Source: the human T2T-CHM13v2.0 reference genome, Homo sapiens
NCBI RefSeq assembly: GCF_009914755.1
Contig: NC_060930.1
DNA: 64,000 bases
Reading direction: 5' to 3' (one strand)
Shown here piece after piece: positions 1-15,263 of this stretch (position 1 is the stretch's first letter; every line of letters begins with the position of its first letter). Below the pieces are notes generated by a model that saw only the letters and a list, made by a program, of their open reading frames with translations, ran no database searches and was not told the DNA's origin. The translations under genes were made by a program, and so were the position numbers.

Positions 1-179
1 GAAAGTGTCATGAGTGTTGCTTTTGGGATTACAAATTGGCTTAGTGAGTAGGTGAATTAACAAACAGAATCAATGAATAATGAGGATCAACTCTTTATCT
101 TTCTATAATGTGTTTTCTTTTCCTTCCTCAACAATAATGTAGGCACATCTTTCCATATCATTGCCTATGGTCTTTAATT

Positions 180-465
180 TATTCATCCCATGTTTGTTGA
201 GCACCTACCAGGAACTGTGCTTATTGCTGGGACACTGCACTGAGAAAAACAGAACAGAATCGTGCTCATGGAGCATACATTCATTATGAATAGAAAGTTT
301 ATTGTTATAATAGATAGGGGTAAGCACCCCGAAGAAAAATGAAACAGTATTAAGTGTAGAGAATGACAAAGAGAGCGATTAGCTAGAATGGTTATGGAAG
401 GCTTTTCTGATGAGTTGACATTTGCACAAGATTTGAATGACCTGAAAGAATCAGCCAAGCAGACC
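180..465 (-). mobile_element. L2 LINE 3' fragment
   Basis: ATTCA..TTTGTTGAGCACCTAC..CTGTGCT..GCTGGGA..CTCATGGAGCATACATTC resembles the reverse complement of the L2 3' end. Confidence 0.7.
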
Positions 466-467
466 AA

Positions 468-670
468 GAAGCTAATGAAGATTATGTTTCAAGGCCCCCT
501 CACTAGCAGTGGCCTTATGTCTTTTTAAGATTGCAAAGTAAGATATTTGAACTGCAACTGGTTAAGACCAATTGCAATCTGGGCTTTCCTCTTTCCTTTT
601 CAATTTCCCTTCTGGCATGCTCCTCCTTGTATTGGGTGGTATTGGCCACGGGCATTTTCGGAATTGACAA
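468..670 (+). mobile_element. Arthur1/MER69-like hAT-Tip100 DNA transposon fragment
   Basis: GAAGCTAATGAAG..TTCAAGGCCCCTCACT..GCAAAGTAAGATATTT..GGTTAAGACC matches the recalled Arthur1/MER69 5' region. Confidence 0.6.
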
Positions 671-673
671 ACG

Positions 674-1166
<493 letters not shown>

Positions 1167-2083
1167 TCCACCATACAGATACTTATGCTCCATTGACCCT
1201 TGAATTTTCTCTAAATTGGTAACTAGATTTGGAAGCTTGATGAGACTAAGGCTTGATTTTTTTTTTTTTTTTGTATTACACACATCCATCAGGAGATCTG
1301 TAATGTAACAGTCTTATCTTAAATAATTTAATTATTTACCACCCTGGAGTCAAAGGACAGATGTAAGTGATTTATTGACAATCCTTTTGGAAAAATGGCT
1401 ATAAAAACAGGTACACCTGGTTTGCATTTGTGAGGATAACCCTGGAAAAAAATGTTTATACCATGACCATAATCTTTTCAATAAGTAACATTACTGACTA
1501 CAGTACTGAATTCTGACTCCGGAATCTTGGCAGTACAGATAAGTTAAATGATGTCATTTCTAATTGGCGAATTGGGGTCCTAGTGGAATAATTTGGAGTC
1601 TTTTACACTGATCAATGTTGAGGTTAAGGGATTGAAGCCATTTCTTAAAGATTTTTTTTTTTAAGGTTAAAAAAAAGCACTGCATTTCCCAATGCTATAT
1701 GGTAGGAAAAACTTTTAAGGCTACAAGATTTTTGATGAGTGTTTTCATCCTTTGAGCGTCTACGGGATTGCCTCTGTGGCTCGGACTTTATTGTCTTCAT
1801 AAGTATAATCTTTGGCTGTAGCTATTTTAGTTCCTGGGAGTCTCCATCTCCCCTTTATCCTGTACACGCCTGAGTTATTATTGCCCACTTCATCTGTGGC
1901 TGTGGTCTGACTGATAAATTAGACAATCCTTTCTCCTTTGCCTTCCAGGATTAGGAACACTCTCAGCCCCCACTCCTCGTTCTGGACAAATACATGCAAA
2001 CCAGCACATTCTCATTTAGTTATCACAGATTCCTCTAATTTCCGATATAAAAGTCCATAGGTCTAATGTGAAGCACTCTTATG

Positions 2084-2389
2084 TTTTATTTTTATTTATT
2101 TATTTTTTTGAGACAGTGTCTTGCTTTTTTGTCCAGGCTGGAGTGCAGTGGCACAATCTAGGCTCCCTGCAAACTCCACCTCCAGGGTTCAAGCGATTCT
2201 CCTGCCTCAGCCTCCCAAGTAGGGGATTACAGGTGTGTGCCACCGTGCCTGGCTAATTTTTGTATTTTTAGTAAAGATGTGGTTTCACCATGTTGGCCAG
2301 GCTAGTCTCAAATTCCTGACCTCAGGTGATCCGCCTGCTTTGGCCTCCCAAAGTGCTGGGATTACAGGCCCGAGCCACCGTGCCTTGCC
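2084..2389 (-). mobile_element. AluS, full length
   Basis: Dimeric Alu with (TTTA)n tail. Confidence 0.93.
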
Positions 2390-2949
2390 AGGCCTCCTAT
2401 TTATATGAGGCAATGAAGATCAGGAACAGCATCTAGCTTCAAGGAATGGATCTGGAAGGAATGAGGAGAGACCTGAGTGGGGAACAGATTTGGGATCTTG
2501 CTGTTTGGAAATACTGGAGAGAGGCAGAGAGAGCAGTGGTGCTGAGAGCCTGCAGCCAGGGCTCCCAGTGGCTCTGAGGCCAACAGGCCACCCTTAATAA
2601 CCAGAACTGACATCCACAGGCATCAGGCATGGGTGGGAGCCTGCGTTCTGAACCTGTTGGCTCCATGTTACCCAATTTTGAGTCAATAATCAAAGTCCCT
2701 GAGTTTACCAGCTGTTTAGCTCTGTCATACTTGGAAGTTGAAAGTAATTTGCAACATGTGCACTAAAGCTCTGCAGCATACTCACAATGGCTAGACCCAT
2801 GGGCATCTCCCAGATGGTCCTTTACTGACAAGTAAGCCCAGAACTGGGAGTAGAGATGTGAGCTGGACATGACTGGTACTCTGCCCAGAGCTCTTCAGAA
2901 CCCATTTGATGGTCTGTATGCTCCTCAACTGGCTTCTGGGTTTCTTTGC

Positions 2950-3363
2950 TTTGACAAGCCTGCACCTGACACTTTTCAGAGGTCAGCCCTGGAATTATCC
3001 CAGCCATTTTGGCCAGAAAGGCAAAGACCTGGAAGTGCCTGAGAACGTAGATCTCTCACAGGAAGCCCTGAGCCTGTGACAGTCTTATCTAGGAGCAGAA
3101 AAGCCCAGCTTTCTTGCCTCCATTTGAAACAAACACAGGCAAAATATATACTCCAGAAGTTCTGAAGGATCCAGTCGAAGCTATCCCTTGAGACTTTGCC
3201 TGAAATTGCAATCCTTGTCTGGCTATATTTTTCTTCTTCTCCTTCTTTCCTGTTCTCATTTCTTCCATTCCCTTCCTCGCTTCTCTTGGGAGAATTTCTT
3301 CATAAGCCACTTGCACATGAACTCTTATCTCAGGGTACCATTCTGGGAAACCAGAGTAAGATA
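2950..3363 (+). mobile_element. ERVL LTR16-like solo LTR remnant
   Basis: 3' end CACTTGCACATGAACTCTTATCTCAGGGT..TTCTGGGAAACC..TAAGA resembles the LTR16 terminus; start approximate. Confidence 0.55.
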
Positions 3364-3577
3364 AGAGGCCACAGTGAATATTCAAATAGCAGTTTTAGGG
3401 CAGGATTCCCTGGCCCCACCCTTCATGGTCTAGGCTTCAGAACTTGCCTCTGACCTTGATCTCCCATAGTCTCCATGGTCTTCCTACCTCTCTTGGCTGG
3501 GACCACAGATCCCTCAGAATTAGGGCCCTGCTGGTATGATAGAGCGCAAATATCCTTTCTTATTCTTGCCAAACCTC

Positions 3578-3918
3578 TTTTCTTTCCTTTCTTCTTTCTT
3601 TTTTTTTTTCTTTTTTTTTATTTGAGACAGGGTCTTGCTTTGTCACCCAGGCTGCAGTGCAGTGGCACGATTTTGGCTTACTGCAATCTCCGCCCCCTGG
3701 TCTCAAGTGATTCTCCCACCTCAGCCTCCCGAGTAGCTGGGACCACGGACGTGCACCACTATGCCCGGCCAATTTTTTATTTTTATTTTTTGTATTTTTA
3801 GTATAGACGGAGTCTCACCATTTGCCCAGGCTGGTCTTGAGCTCCTGAGCTCAAGCAATCTGCCCGCTTCAGCCTCCCAAAGTGCTGGGATTACAGTTGT
3901 GAGCCACGGCACCCAGCC
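3578..3918 (-). mobile_element. AluJ, full length
   Basis: GAGACAGGGTCTTGCT and CTCCTGAGCTCAAGCAATC are J-type features. Confidence 0.9.
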
Positions 3919-4549
3919 TCAAACCTTGTTTCTGAAATTGAAATCTTCCCTTCCATTCCCCAGCTTCTTAAAAAAAAATTCTTCTATGGATGGACAGAGT
4001 TCCAGGAAACACTTCTTCTGCTCCCTGGCTGGTTCCCACACATTTGATCATTGCCTGGAGTCACTGTGGCTGAGATCTGCCTATTGGTTTACTCCTACAA
4101 CTGCTGATGATTTCCAGAATTATGCTAGAGTTGATTAAATCCTGGACTTACTGCTCATTGGTCATTGCTGGGCCAGCCTCGGAGGATGGATCTTTCTGCC
4201 CCACTTGGCATCCTCTACCTCCCAGCTAGCTCTGTAGTTGAAGTCCCAACATGGTTCCTGATTAGTAAACTTGTGAGAACAGTGGCTGTATCTACGTTAT
4301 TAAATTGTTCTCATCTATTGCAGAGCCAAGTTTAGTGAATATGTGTTGAATGAATCAATAAATCCATGAGTATTCACCTAAGTTATTATATATGATTCTG
4401 TTAACAGCACAATCCTTTTTCTTGGCATATCCTAAATTTTGCTACTGATATTTAAAATTTAAGATGTGCCTAACAGGGTGGATGAAGTGGCTTTGGCAGA
4501 GAGTACTGAAAACTGATGCACACGTACATGTATACCCACTATCCTCCAG

Positions 4550-4900
4550 GCAGCGAAGTGCAGGATGATAGTTTCTAGGCCAAACAAATCTTAGATCATA
4601 TCCCAGCTCCATCACTTACTAACAACAAGCCCTAATAGCTAAATTGTGTCACTAATTCATTGTTTAATCCTCACTACAATCTCGTGAAGTAGCAAATATT
4701 ATTGTCACCCCATTTTAGAGATAAGGAAATTGAGACTAATTGGCCCAGTAGCCACTGGCAGAACTGAGATTTGAAACCAGGAGACCTGACACCAGAGGAT
4801 ACATGCTGAATCTCTGCAACGCCTGCTGTGTGAGGATGTGACTGTGAGAATTAAATGAGAGAATGGAAGTGCCCCATGGTAGGGGCTCAAGCAAAGTAGG
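4550..4900. mobile_element. MIR fragments in both orientations
   Basis: CCCAGCTCCATCACTTACTA (+), CCCCATTTTAGAGATAAGGAAATTGAGAC (MIR core, -), GTGAGAATTAAATGAGA (+). Confidence 0.7.
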
Positions 4901-4951
4901 AGGCACTTGCCGAAGCTGACTTTTGTCTGACTTTTTCTCCAAAGCTGACTT

Positions 4952-7340
4952 CATTTTATTTTTTCAACTAATCTTTGATTTCAGAAAAATTCAAACTTCT
5001 AATTATTTTCCAAGGAGATTAATGTAAGGCATAGCCCTGTACCCTTCACCAGTTACTTTCCCAATTATCAACTTGTACATTCTTGCTCCATCTATACCCC
5101 ATTATTTTGCAGTAAATCCACGGCATCATATTATTTCATCCATAAATATTTCAAAGGATATCTCTAAAAGATAAGAGCTCTTTTTAAGAACACAAATACC
5201 ATTATCTGTCTAAAAATGACTAAAAATAATTCCTTAACATCATGAATATCCCAGCCATGTTTACATTTTCCACTCGTTTCTCTCATACTTTTTTCCTCCA
5301 TAAGTTTATTTACATGAATGAAGATTATAAATAAGGTCTATAAATCACAACGTCTTCTAAGTTTCTTTTAAGATAATAGTTGTCCTTCTCCACATTTTTC
5401 CTCTAGTAATTTAACTGGGCAAGAACTAGGTTGTTTGGCCTGTAGGTCTCCCAGGAACCTCTTCCCAAATGTGAATGACTGCATCCCCATGGTGATGTTT
5501 ACCATATTGCTCTGTCCGCTCCCCACCCCCGCCGCCTCCCACTCCCCATCCCCCACCTCCCACCTCCCTGTTTCCTCTATATTGACAGTCAAATGTAGAA
5601 ACTTGGTCAGATCAGAGTTTTGTTGTTGTTGTTTGTTTGATTTGGCAAGACTACGTCATGGGTGGTACTGTCTACTTCCATCAGGTGGTAAGTATATTTT
5701 GGTGTTTCTCTCTTTAGCATGCTGGTTGGCAGTTATGTCTAGATCCATTAATCCATTAGGAGTTACAAATGGTGCTACTCAACTTCTACTCCATTTATTG
5801 TACAGAAAATGTCTATATAAAGAAAATTCCTTAGTGAACTGTTTGGTTACCCTGCGTTACAGTTCTTTTAGGGAAGGGAGAATAAATGCTTGATGCCTTC
5901 CTTTTACCAGTTTTAAAATAATGTATTGGTTCCCTATCAACTTATGGATTCAATCTGATCTTTTTCCATCACTTTCATTTTAAATGAAACAATTCAAATC
6001 TGTAGAAAAGTTGACAGAGTATGCCCCTTACTTTAATGCTTCAGTTGTTAACAGTTTGCCACATCTGCTATATCTATCTATCTATGTGCACCACCTGAAA
6101 GTAAGTTGCAGACATTATGGCAGTTTATTCCTAAATACTTTGGTATATATTTCCTAAGGAAAAGCACATGTCTACCTGACCACAATTCTATTAGCATAGG
6201 AATGAAATTTAACATAAATAAACTAATAGTATTTAATAATTAATCCATATTCAAATTGCATCTTGTTCCAATATAATGTCTTTTTAAATTGTGATTTTTT
6301 TAACTCAGCGAAGGCTTATGCATACTATTTAATCATGTCTCTTTTTAAAATTCTTGTGATTATCTCATCTTGCTGGGATAGCGACTGAAATTTGCCTGAC
6401 CCGGAGCCCCTTATCCTGCTTCCTGGGGGATGGTGCATGTATATTACAGAAGTGATGCAGTTTACTTCTTATTATGGCATATCTTGTCACTTACTCCAAT
6501 ATTGGTGATGCAAAGCTTGACTTTTTGGTTAAGTTGAAGTCTGCCAGATGTTACAACAGTAAGGGGGACTCTTCCCTTTTATAATTAATAAGCAATATAC
6601 GGGGTAGTATTTTGAGATTGTTTGGGCCTATCACCCCCCAAAAGGTTTTAGCATCCACTTCTGATCTTGCCTGCATCAATTATTACATTGGTGGTTGCAA
6701 AATGAGATTTTCTAATATTAACATATTGTCTATAGTTGATATTCTTCTGTGAATAAGAACTTTAATCCTCCATTTTTTGAATAACTGTGAACTCATGTAT
6801 TCTTTTGGATTCAATGTATTATAATTTATTATCATTGTTATTCTTTTTCATATTATTCTAATTTGGCCAATAGAGCTCCTTCGAGATGGTTCCTGTAGTT
6901 CTTTTAGTATACTTTCATTGGTCTTTGAGCACTTTCTTGCTTTCTGGCACAGCTAGATATTCTGACTCACCTTGTCCCTTAACCCTTGAGTCAGCAGCTT
7001 CCCAAGGACACCTGGCTACTTTTTGTAAACAATGGTGTTTAGTAACCATGATCTGAATACTAAGTGTGCTATGGCCACTGAGGTGTCATTACTTTAGGCC
7101 TTTTCAGTGAGGAAAGCTAGGAGATCTCTTTTTTCCTTTTTGTTAAATCAGGAGTTCATACTCAGCAATTACAGGGTTCCTTGTCTTCCCCTATTCCCTA
7201 GTTATAGCTTCCTCCTCTTACAGTGAGAACCTTGGTTCTCAACAATGTGAATACATTTGCTTATTTGCTGTATTCCGTAATCTACACAAAATTGTTTTAG
7301 AGTGATTACATCAGTACTTCTCCCAACAACAAAACCATAG
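4952..7340 (-). mobile_element. Old L1M (L1MC4/L1ME-like) 3' region fragments
   Basis: T-rich degenerate L1M 3'UTR motifs (AATTCAAACTT, AAAGTAAGTTGCAGACAT, CCTAAATACTT); at least two 3' ends, at about 4952 and 5975. Confidence 0.65.
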
Positions 7341-7357
7341 TAAAGTTAAAAAATTGC

Positions 7358-7683
<326 letters not shown>

Positions 7684-7704
7684 TTAGATTATCTCTCACT
7701 AAGA

Positions 7705-7905
7705 TAGGTTTTTTCAGCCTCAGCACTCTGACATTTTGGGTTGGATCATTCTTTGTTGTAGGGGCTGCCCTGTGCATTGCAGAATGTTTAGCAGCCTCCC
7801 TGCCTCTAGTACTGGGGGTGGCCAGTACTCCCACCCCCAAGTTATGGCAATTAAGAATGTCTCAAACATAATCAAATGTCCTCTGTCCTCTGTTGAGAAT
7901 CACTC
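7705..7905 (-). mobile_element. MER20 (hAT-Charlie MITE)
   Basis: Reverse complement of MER20 consensus motifs; perfect 8-bp TSD CACTAAGA at 7697-7704 / 7906-7913. Confidence 0.88.
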
Positions 7906-8272
7906 CACTAAGAGGGTACATACAGCCTGACTATTGTTTTCAAAAGCTACTTGAATTATTTTTATCATGCTGTTCAATTTTATATATTTGGTGATTTATT
8001 TCTGTTTATATTCAATCTTAGAATTTCCTTTTACAGCTTTAAATTAAATTTTATTTTTCTGAATAAATAAAACATCTGCCTGGTTCCAATGTAAAAAAAA
8101 TATTAAAAAAAGATAGACTCAGTAAAGTCTTATTCTCATCCCTATCGCTGCCACCCTTTTCCAAACCCACCATCTACAGATAACTATTTTCATGAATTTT
8201 CTTACATAAAATGTAAGATGGTATATATTCTCTTTCAACTTTGATTTCTCTACTTAAAAATATACCCTGGAA

Positions 8273-8640
<368 letters not shown>

Positions 8641-9456
8641 TTAAAAACAGTTGCTTAGTATTTCATTGTGTGGCTCTTCCATAGTTGATTCCGCCATCTC
8701 TTAGGAATGGGCAGTTAGGTTGTTTCTAGTACTTTGCCAATACAAATAATTCCACAATGGATACCTTTGTGCATATGTTGTTTTAGATTTGTGGAGGTGC
8801 ATCTTTGAGGTAAATTCATAGAAATGGGATTGTTAGATTGAAGGGTAAATGCATATGTAGTTTTATTAAATACTGCTACATTCTCATCCATAGGGTATAC
8901 CATTTTACACTTCCAACTGCAAGATGTAAGAAAATGTGTCATTAAACTTTGAATTTGTGCCAATTTGATAAATAAGAAAGTATCTCAGTATAGATTTAGT
9001 ATAGTTTTGATTTGTATTTCTTTAATTATGAATAAGGTTGAACATCTTTACATATGTTTGTATCCTTTTATATCTTTTTTTTGTGTGTGCGTGAAATGTT
9101 TGTACATGTCTTCTGCTCATTTTCCCATTATTTCCTCCCTGACATTTTTTAGAGATATTAATATATTGGGCAGATTAGGTCTTTATCTGTGATATATGTT
9201 TCAAATATTTTCTCTCAATTTGTCACTTGTCTTTTAATCTTGCTCACGACTTTTTTGTCATGCCAAGCTATTTTAAAAATTTTATTTAGATCCACTTTGT
9301 GTATTTTTACATATCTGTATTTGAATCATAGTTAGATTTTCTCTACAACATGTTTTAAAGATATTTACTCCTCTGTTTTCTTCTACTACTTAAGTGATTT
9401 CATCTTTTATGATTGAATCTGTAATTGTTGAAGTTTATTCTGGTGTATGAATCTAG

Positions 9457-9779
<323 letters not shown>

Positions 9780-10012
9780 AGGGTTACATTTTTCTTAGCA
9801 CCATTTAATGAGTCTTTCTTTTCTCTATTAAATTGCAACATCATCTTTATTATCTATTTTGGGTCTATCTTCCATTCTATTCCATGGCCTATCTCTCTGT
9901 TCATATTCTAGTACCACATTTTTTTAATTACAGAGGTTTTATACTGTGCTTTTATATCAGTAGGGCTAGTTCCCCCCCTCCCATTACATTTTTTTAAGGA
10001 TTTTCCTAGCTA

Positions 10013-10314
10013 TTTTTTCTTTTCTTTTTTTTGAGAGGGAGTCTTGCTCTGTCTCCCAGGCTGGAGTGCAGTGGCGCCATCTCGGCTCACTTGCAAGGTC
10101 TGCCTCCCGACTTCACGCCATTCTCCCATCTCAGCCTCCCGAGTAGCTGGGACTACAGGCGCCCGCCACCACGCCCGGCTAATTTGGTTTTTGTATTTTT
10201 AGTAGAGACGGGGTTTCACCGTGTTAGGATGGTCTCGATCTCCTGACCTCGTGATCTGCCTACCTCGGCCTCCCAAAGTGCTGGGATTACTGGCGTGAGC
10301 CACCACTCCCAGCC
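10013..10314 (-). mobile_element. AluY, full length
   Basis: TTCACGCCATTCTCC and GGATGGTCTCGATCTCCTGACCTCGTGATC; no clear TSD. Confidence 0.93.
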
Positions 10315-10532
10315 GGTGTATTTGTTTTTTATATACATTTTAGAATCTACTTGACTAACTCCAGCAAAGATTTATTGGTATTCTAATTAAGATTCAATTA
10401 AATTTATGTATTAACTTGAGATGAAATGGTCAATATCTTTGTAATGTTGAGGCATTCCATCCAAGAGAAAGAGAAGTGTTTTTACTGTATGAAGTCTAAG
10501 TTAGTGTCTTTTAGAAGTGTTTTAAAGCTTTA

Positions 10533-10843
<311 letters not shown>

Positions 10844-11045
10844 AAAGCTTTACAATTTTACTCACACATATATATATATATATGTATATATCTTAAGTTT
10901 ATTCCTAATTATCTTACCTATTTTTGTGGCTCTTACAAAGAAATTATATTTTCTAATTGACTATGGTTTGTATATTTGAATGTTATTGATTTTTATATAT
11001 TAATTTTGTATCCTGATATATTATTGAATTATTTTATTGTTTGCA

Positions 11046-11351
11046 TTTTTTTTTTTTTTTGAGACAGAGTTTCGCTCTTGTTACCCAAGCTGGAGTGCAA
11101 TGGCATGATCTCGGCTCACTGCCTCACTGCAACCTCTACCTCCTGGGTTCAAGTGATTCTCCTGCCTCAGCCTCCCAAGTAGCTGGGATTACAGGCACGT
11201 GCCACCATGCCTGGCTAGTTTTTTGTATTTTTAGTAGGAACGGGGTTTCACCATGTTAGCCAGGCTGGTCTCAAACTCCTGACCTCAGGTGATCTGCCCA
11301 CGTCGGCCTCCCAAAGTGCTGGGATTACAGGGGTGAGTCCCGCGCCCAGCC
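11046..11351 (-). mobile_element. AluS (Sp/Sq-like), full length
   Basis: TSD TATTGTTTGCATTTT; small internal duplication CTCACTGCCTCACTGC. Confidence 0.94.
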
Positions 11352-11572
11352 TATTGTTTGCATTTTATCACTGAATGGCTAAAGGTTTCCCAAGGATTAT
11401 ATCATATCATCTATAAATAGAGAGAATTTAATTTTTACTTTCCAATTTTTGTCACATGTGTCTGGAATCCCTTCTCACTTTTTGCCCTCTTCCATGCGGC
11501 CCTTGCTGTTAATATAATACTTAAGGTATCTCTGTTTTTTCTGTTTTATTAAGATACCCAAATGAACACAAG

Positions 11573-12043
11573 TGTGAACCAAAAAAATCTGAGACAAAAA
11601 ATCTGAGAAATTAAATCAGTTAATTTAGAAAGTTTATTTTGCCAAGGTTGAGGACGCACCTGTGGCAGCCTCAGGAAGTCCAGACATGTGCCTAAGGTGG
11701 TCGGGGCACAGCTTAGTTTTATAGATTTTAGGGACACATGAGACATCAATTGATATATGTAAAAAGTACATTGGTTGGTCTGGAAAGGCGGGACAACTTG
11801 AAGCAAAGGCAGGAAGCAGAGAGGGGACTTCCAGGTCACAAATAGGTGAGAGACAAATGGTTGCATTCTTTTGAGTTTCCGATTAGCCTTTCCAAAGGAG
11901 GCAATCAGATATGCATCTATATCTGGGAGCAGAGGGGTGACTTTGAATAGAATGGGAGGCAGGTTTGCCCTAGCAGTTCCCAGCTTGACTTTTCCCCTTT
12001 AGCTTAGTGATTTGGGGGCCCCAAGATTTATTTTCCTTTCACA
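11573..12043 (-). mobile_element. MER4A1-like ERV1 solo LTR
   Basis: TG...CA termini, 471 bp, 4-bp TSD CAAG (11569-11572 / 12044-12047), AATAAA on the minus strand at about 11633, MER4A motifs AGAAAGTTTATTTTGCCAAGGTTGAGGAC and CCAAGATTTATTTTCCTTTCACA. Confidence 0.88.
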
Positions 12044-12049
12044 CAAGCA

Positions 12050-12571
12050 TGATGTATTACAGGCTTACACCCTTCTAGGTATGATTCTAATGAGAGCGTT
12101 ACCTAAAACAAGGAATGTATCAATGTGTCCCAAATGACATTGTCACCTTCACCTCCAAACCAGGTCTTCCACCTCATTCCTAGGTATTTCCTGGGTGTTC
12201 CTAAACCTTGGCTTTTGCTCTCCTTTCTCCTTCCACCTTTAGATCATATCAGCTGGTATTTCATGCAGATTTTAATTCAGCAAACTTTTCCCCTTTTCCC
12301 CAATATTCAGTGGCTGGTCTACTTGTGGGTACAAAGGCCCAGACCCATTGTTTCAACTGGAGACCTGTGAAGGGCGATCCCAGCCTCAGAACCTCGCATG
12401 GGATGGACTCAGTACTCTGCTGCAACTGCATTTCAGTTTAACTTCTCCCTCTACCCAGTCCTAACTTCCTTATTCCCTAAAAAATGTTTCTGGGAGTGCT
12501 CCTCAGTAAACTTCATGCATAAACACTTCAGAGGCTCAGAGTATGTTTCCTGGAGAATTCCATCTGTGGCG
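12050..12571 (+). mobile_element. Ancient ERVL LTR (LTR33/LTR16 group) remnant
   Basis: 3' end TAAACTTCATGCA..CTCAGAGTATGTTTCCTGGAGAATTCCATCTGTGGC resembles the LTR33-type terminus; start uncertain. Confidence 0.45.
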
Positions 12572-12574
12572 TTT

Positions 12575-13313
<739 letters not shown>

Positions 13314-13350
13314 AGGCTTAAGGTCCATTGTGAGAGCAATATTCATTCTT

Positions 13351-13443
13351 GGCATACCTGTATCAATGTATCTTATGTACCCCATAAATATATATCCCTA
13401 CTATGTGACCAAAAAAATTAAAAATAAAATAAAAATTTAAAAC
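13351..13443 (+). mobile_element. Very short 5'-truncated L1PB/L1MA 3' end
   Basis: CCTGTATCAA..ATGTACCCCATAAATATATA..CTACTATGT..AAAAATTAAAAA followed by an A-rich tail. Confidence 0.75.
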
Positions 13444-14979
13444 CCATACATTCTCCATGCAGATTTTCCTCGTACCTCAACCCAATGTCATCTCTTCTTC
13501 ATTAGTTATCCCAATGCAGTTTGTACTTCTCCTTGGTATCTATTGATTATATTTACTGTGTGTCAATTTCACCATTTTACCTCTCTTCCCTATCCTTTCA
13601 CCTGCACTGATAGAATGTAACTGTGGGAGCAAGATTTTACCTCAATCATCTTTGTATCACTTGAAACAAGAAGCATCATCCTTAATCCTGGAGTTCAATA
13701 AATCATTAATAAATTCAATTGAATACAAGCTGCCAATTTGTTTGACATTTTTGTGAATGCTTTCTGTCTTTCTAGCTTTTCAAGTTTGGTATAGGAGGGT
13801 TTCATATGTAAATAAATATTTAACTATGGTTTTTTTAATGAAATCATTTATGTTCTTTCCCGGCACAATTTTCATTGGAAGATCTTTGAGGATTCCTTAA
13901 ATAAGGTTCTAAAACTAAAGATGGAATGTGCCCCCATAAGGGAATGGCCATATCCTGTGAGACATAGGCAGGAATAGTCAGGAATTCCTGAGGGTGGAGA
14001 GGAGAACCCTGGCACATGTAATCAGATGATGTGACATCAAATCCATGGTGTAATTCAAAACACAGCTGTGGGGCAATAATCTGGAACAAACCATAAGTCT
14101 TTTTTTCCATCCTACAGTGGAGGCGACACCGGTTTTAGCTTCCTTATTCTATACAGGCAGCTTCACTCTTATCAAGATGTAGCTTCTCTTTTTCCATGTA
14201 CCTTAGCCTCATTTCAGTAACTAATATCTTCTTTTCAGTCAAGTCAAATGAGAACAGTGGTGCTTTCCAAAGCACTTTTGATTGATGTTTGATATTGCCC
14301 ATAACACTTCAATTAGAAACAGTGAAAATGGGTCACTAATTAAAAATAAGCTCTTGGTGTTAAAAATAATATTTACATAGGCAATCTGTGGAGAGAGAAA
14401 TAAATTGATATATCATATACCTCAAGATATAGTTTTAATTTTATCCATCTATTTATATGATCCGATTTCTCAGAGCAAGCTAACTACAAATAGTATAGTA
14501 TTAGAAATGTGACTTCTCCTTTTTGGGGTATAAAGGTGGAGTTTTCAACAAGCAGAGTGTGGTTATGGTTGGATAGAATAGTACAAGGTTGTGTTTACAT
14601 AGAATCTTTCATTGAAAGAACTTTGAGTGCTTCATAAACATTGCTTCACGAATGCTTCCAGCACCCTTAGGAGGTGAATGGAGTTATTGTCCCCATTTAA
14701 CTAATGGAAAAATTGGAAAAGAGAGGGCTTGAACTTCATATTCACCAGTCAATGGTCTATGTGACCACAAAAATATGTTCTACTTAGCCTTGAATTAATG
14801 CTATACATCTGTTCTGATTTTATGCTTTTGTCATTTTTTCTTTGCATTATACCATTAAAAAGTTATCATATAGAAACTTTCATGAATATTCTGTATTATG
14901 AGATATAATATTCTGCATCATTCTTTAAACTTCCACCAAAGTTCTACTATCACAGAAATTTTATTGGAACAGGGCTTTG

Positions 14980-15263
14980 TTTTACTTTATTTATTCATTT
15001 ATTTATATTTTTAGAGACAAGGTCTCACTCTGCTGCCCAACCTGGAGTGCAGCGGTGCAACCCTAGCTCACTGTAGCTGCAACCTCCTGAGTAGCTGGGA
15101 CTACAGGTGCATGCGATCACCCCTGGCTAATTTTAAAATTTTTCGTAGAGATGGGGTCTTGCTATGTTGCCCAGGCTGTTTTTGAATTCCTGGGCTCAAG
15201 TAATCCTCCTGCCTCAGCCTCCTAAAGTGTTGGGATCATAGGCATGGGCCACTATGCCTGGCC
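14980..15263 (-). mobile_element. AluJ with internal deletion in the right arm
   Basis: J-type CTCCTGGGCTCAAG-like motif; AACCTCCTGAGTAGCTGG junction skips about 35 nt. Confidence 0.9.
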
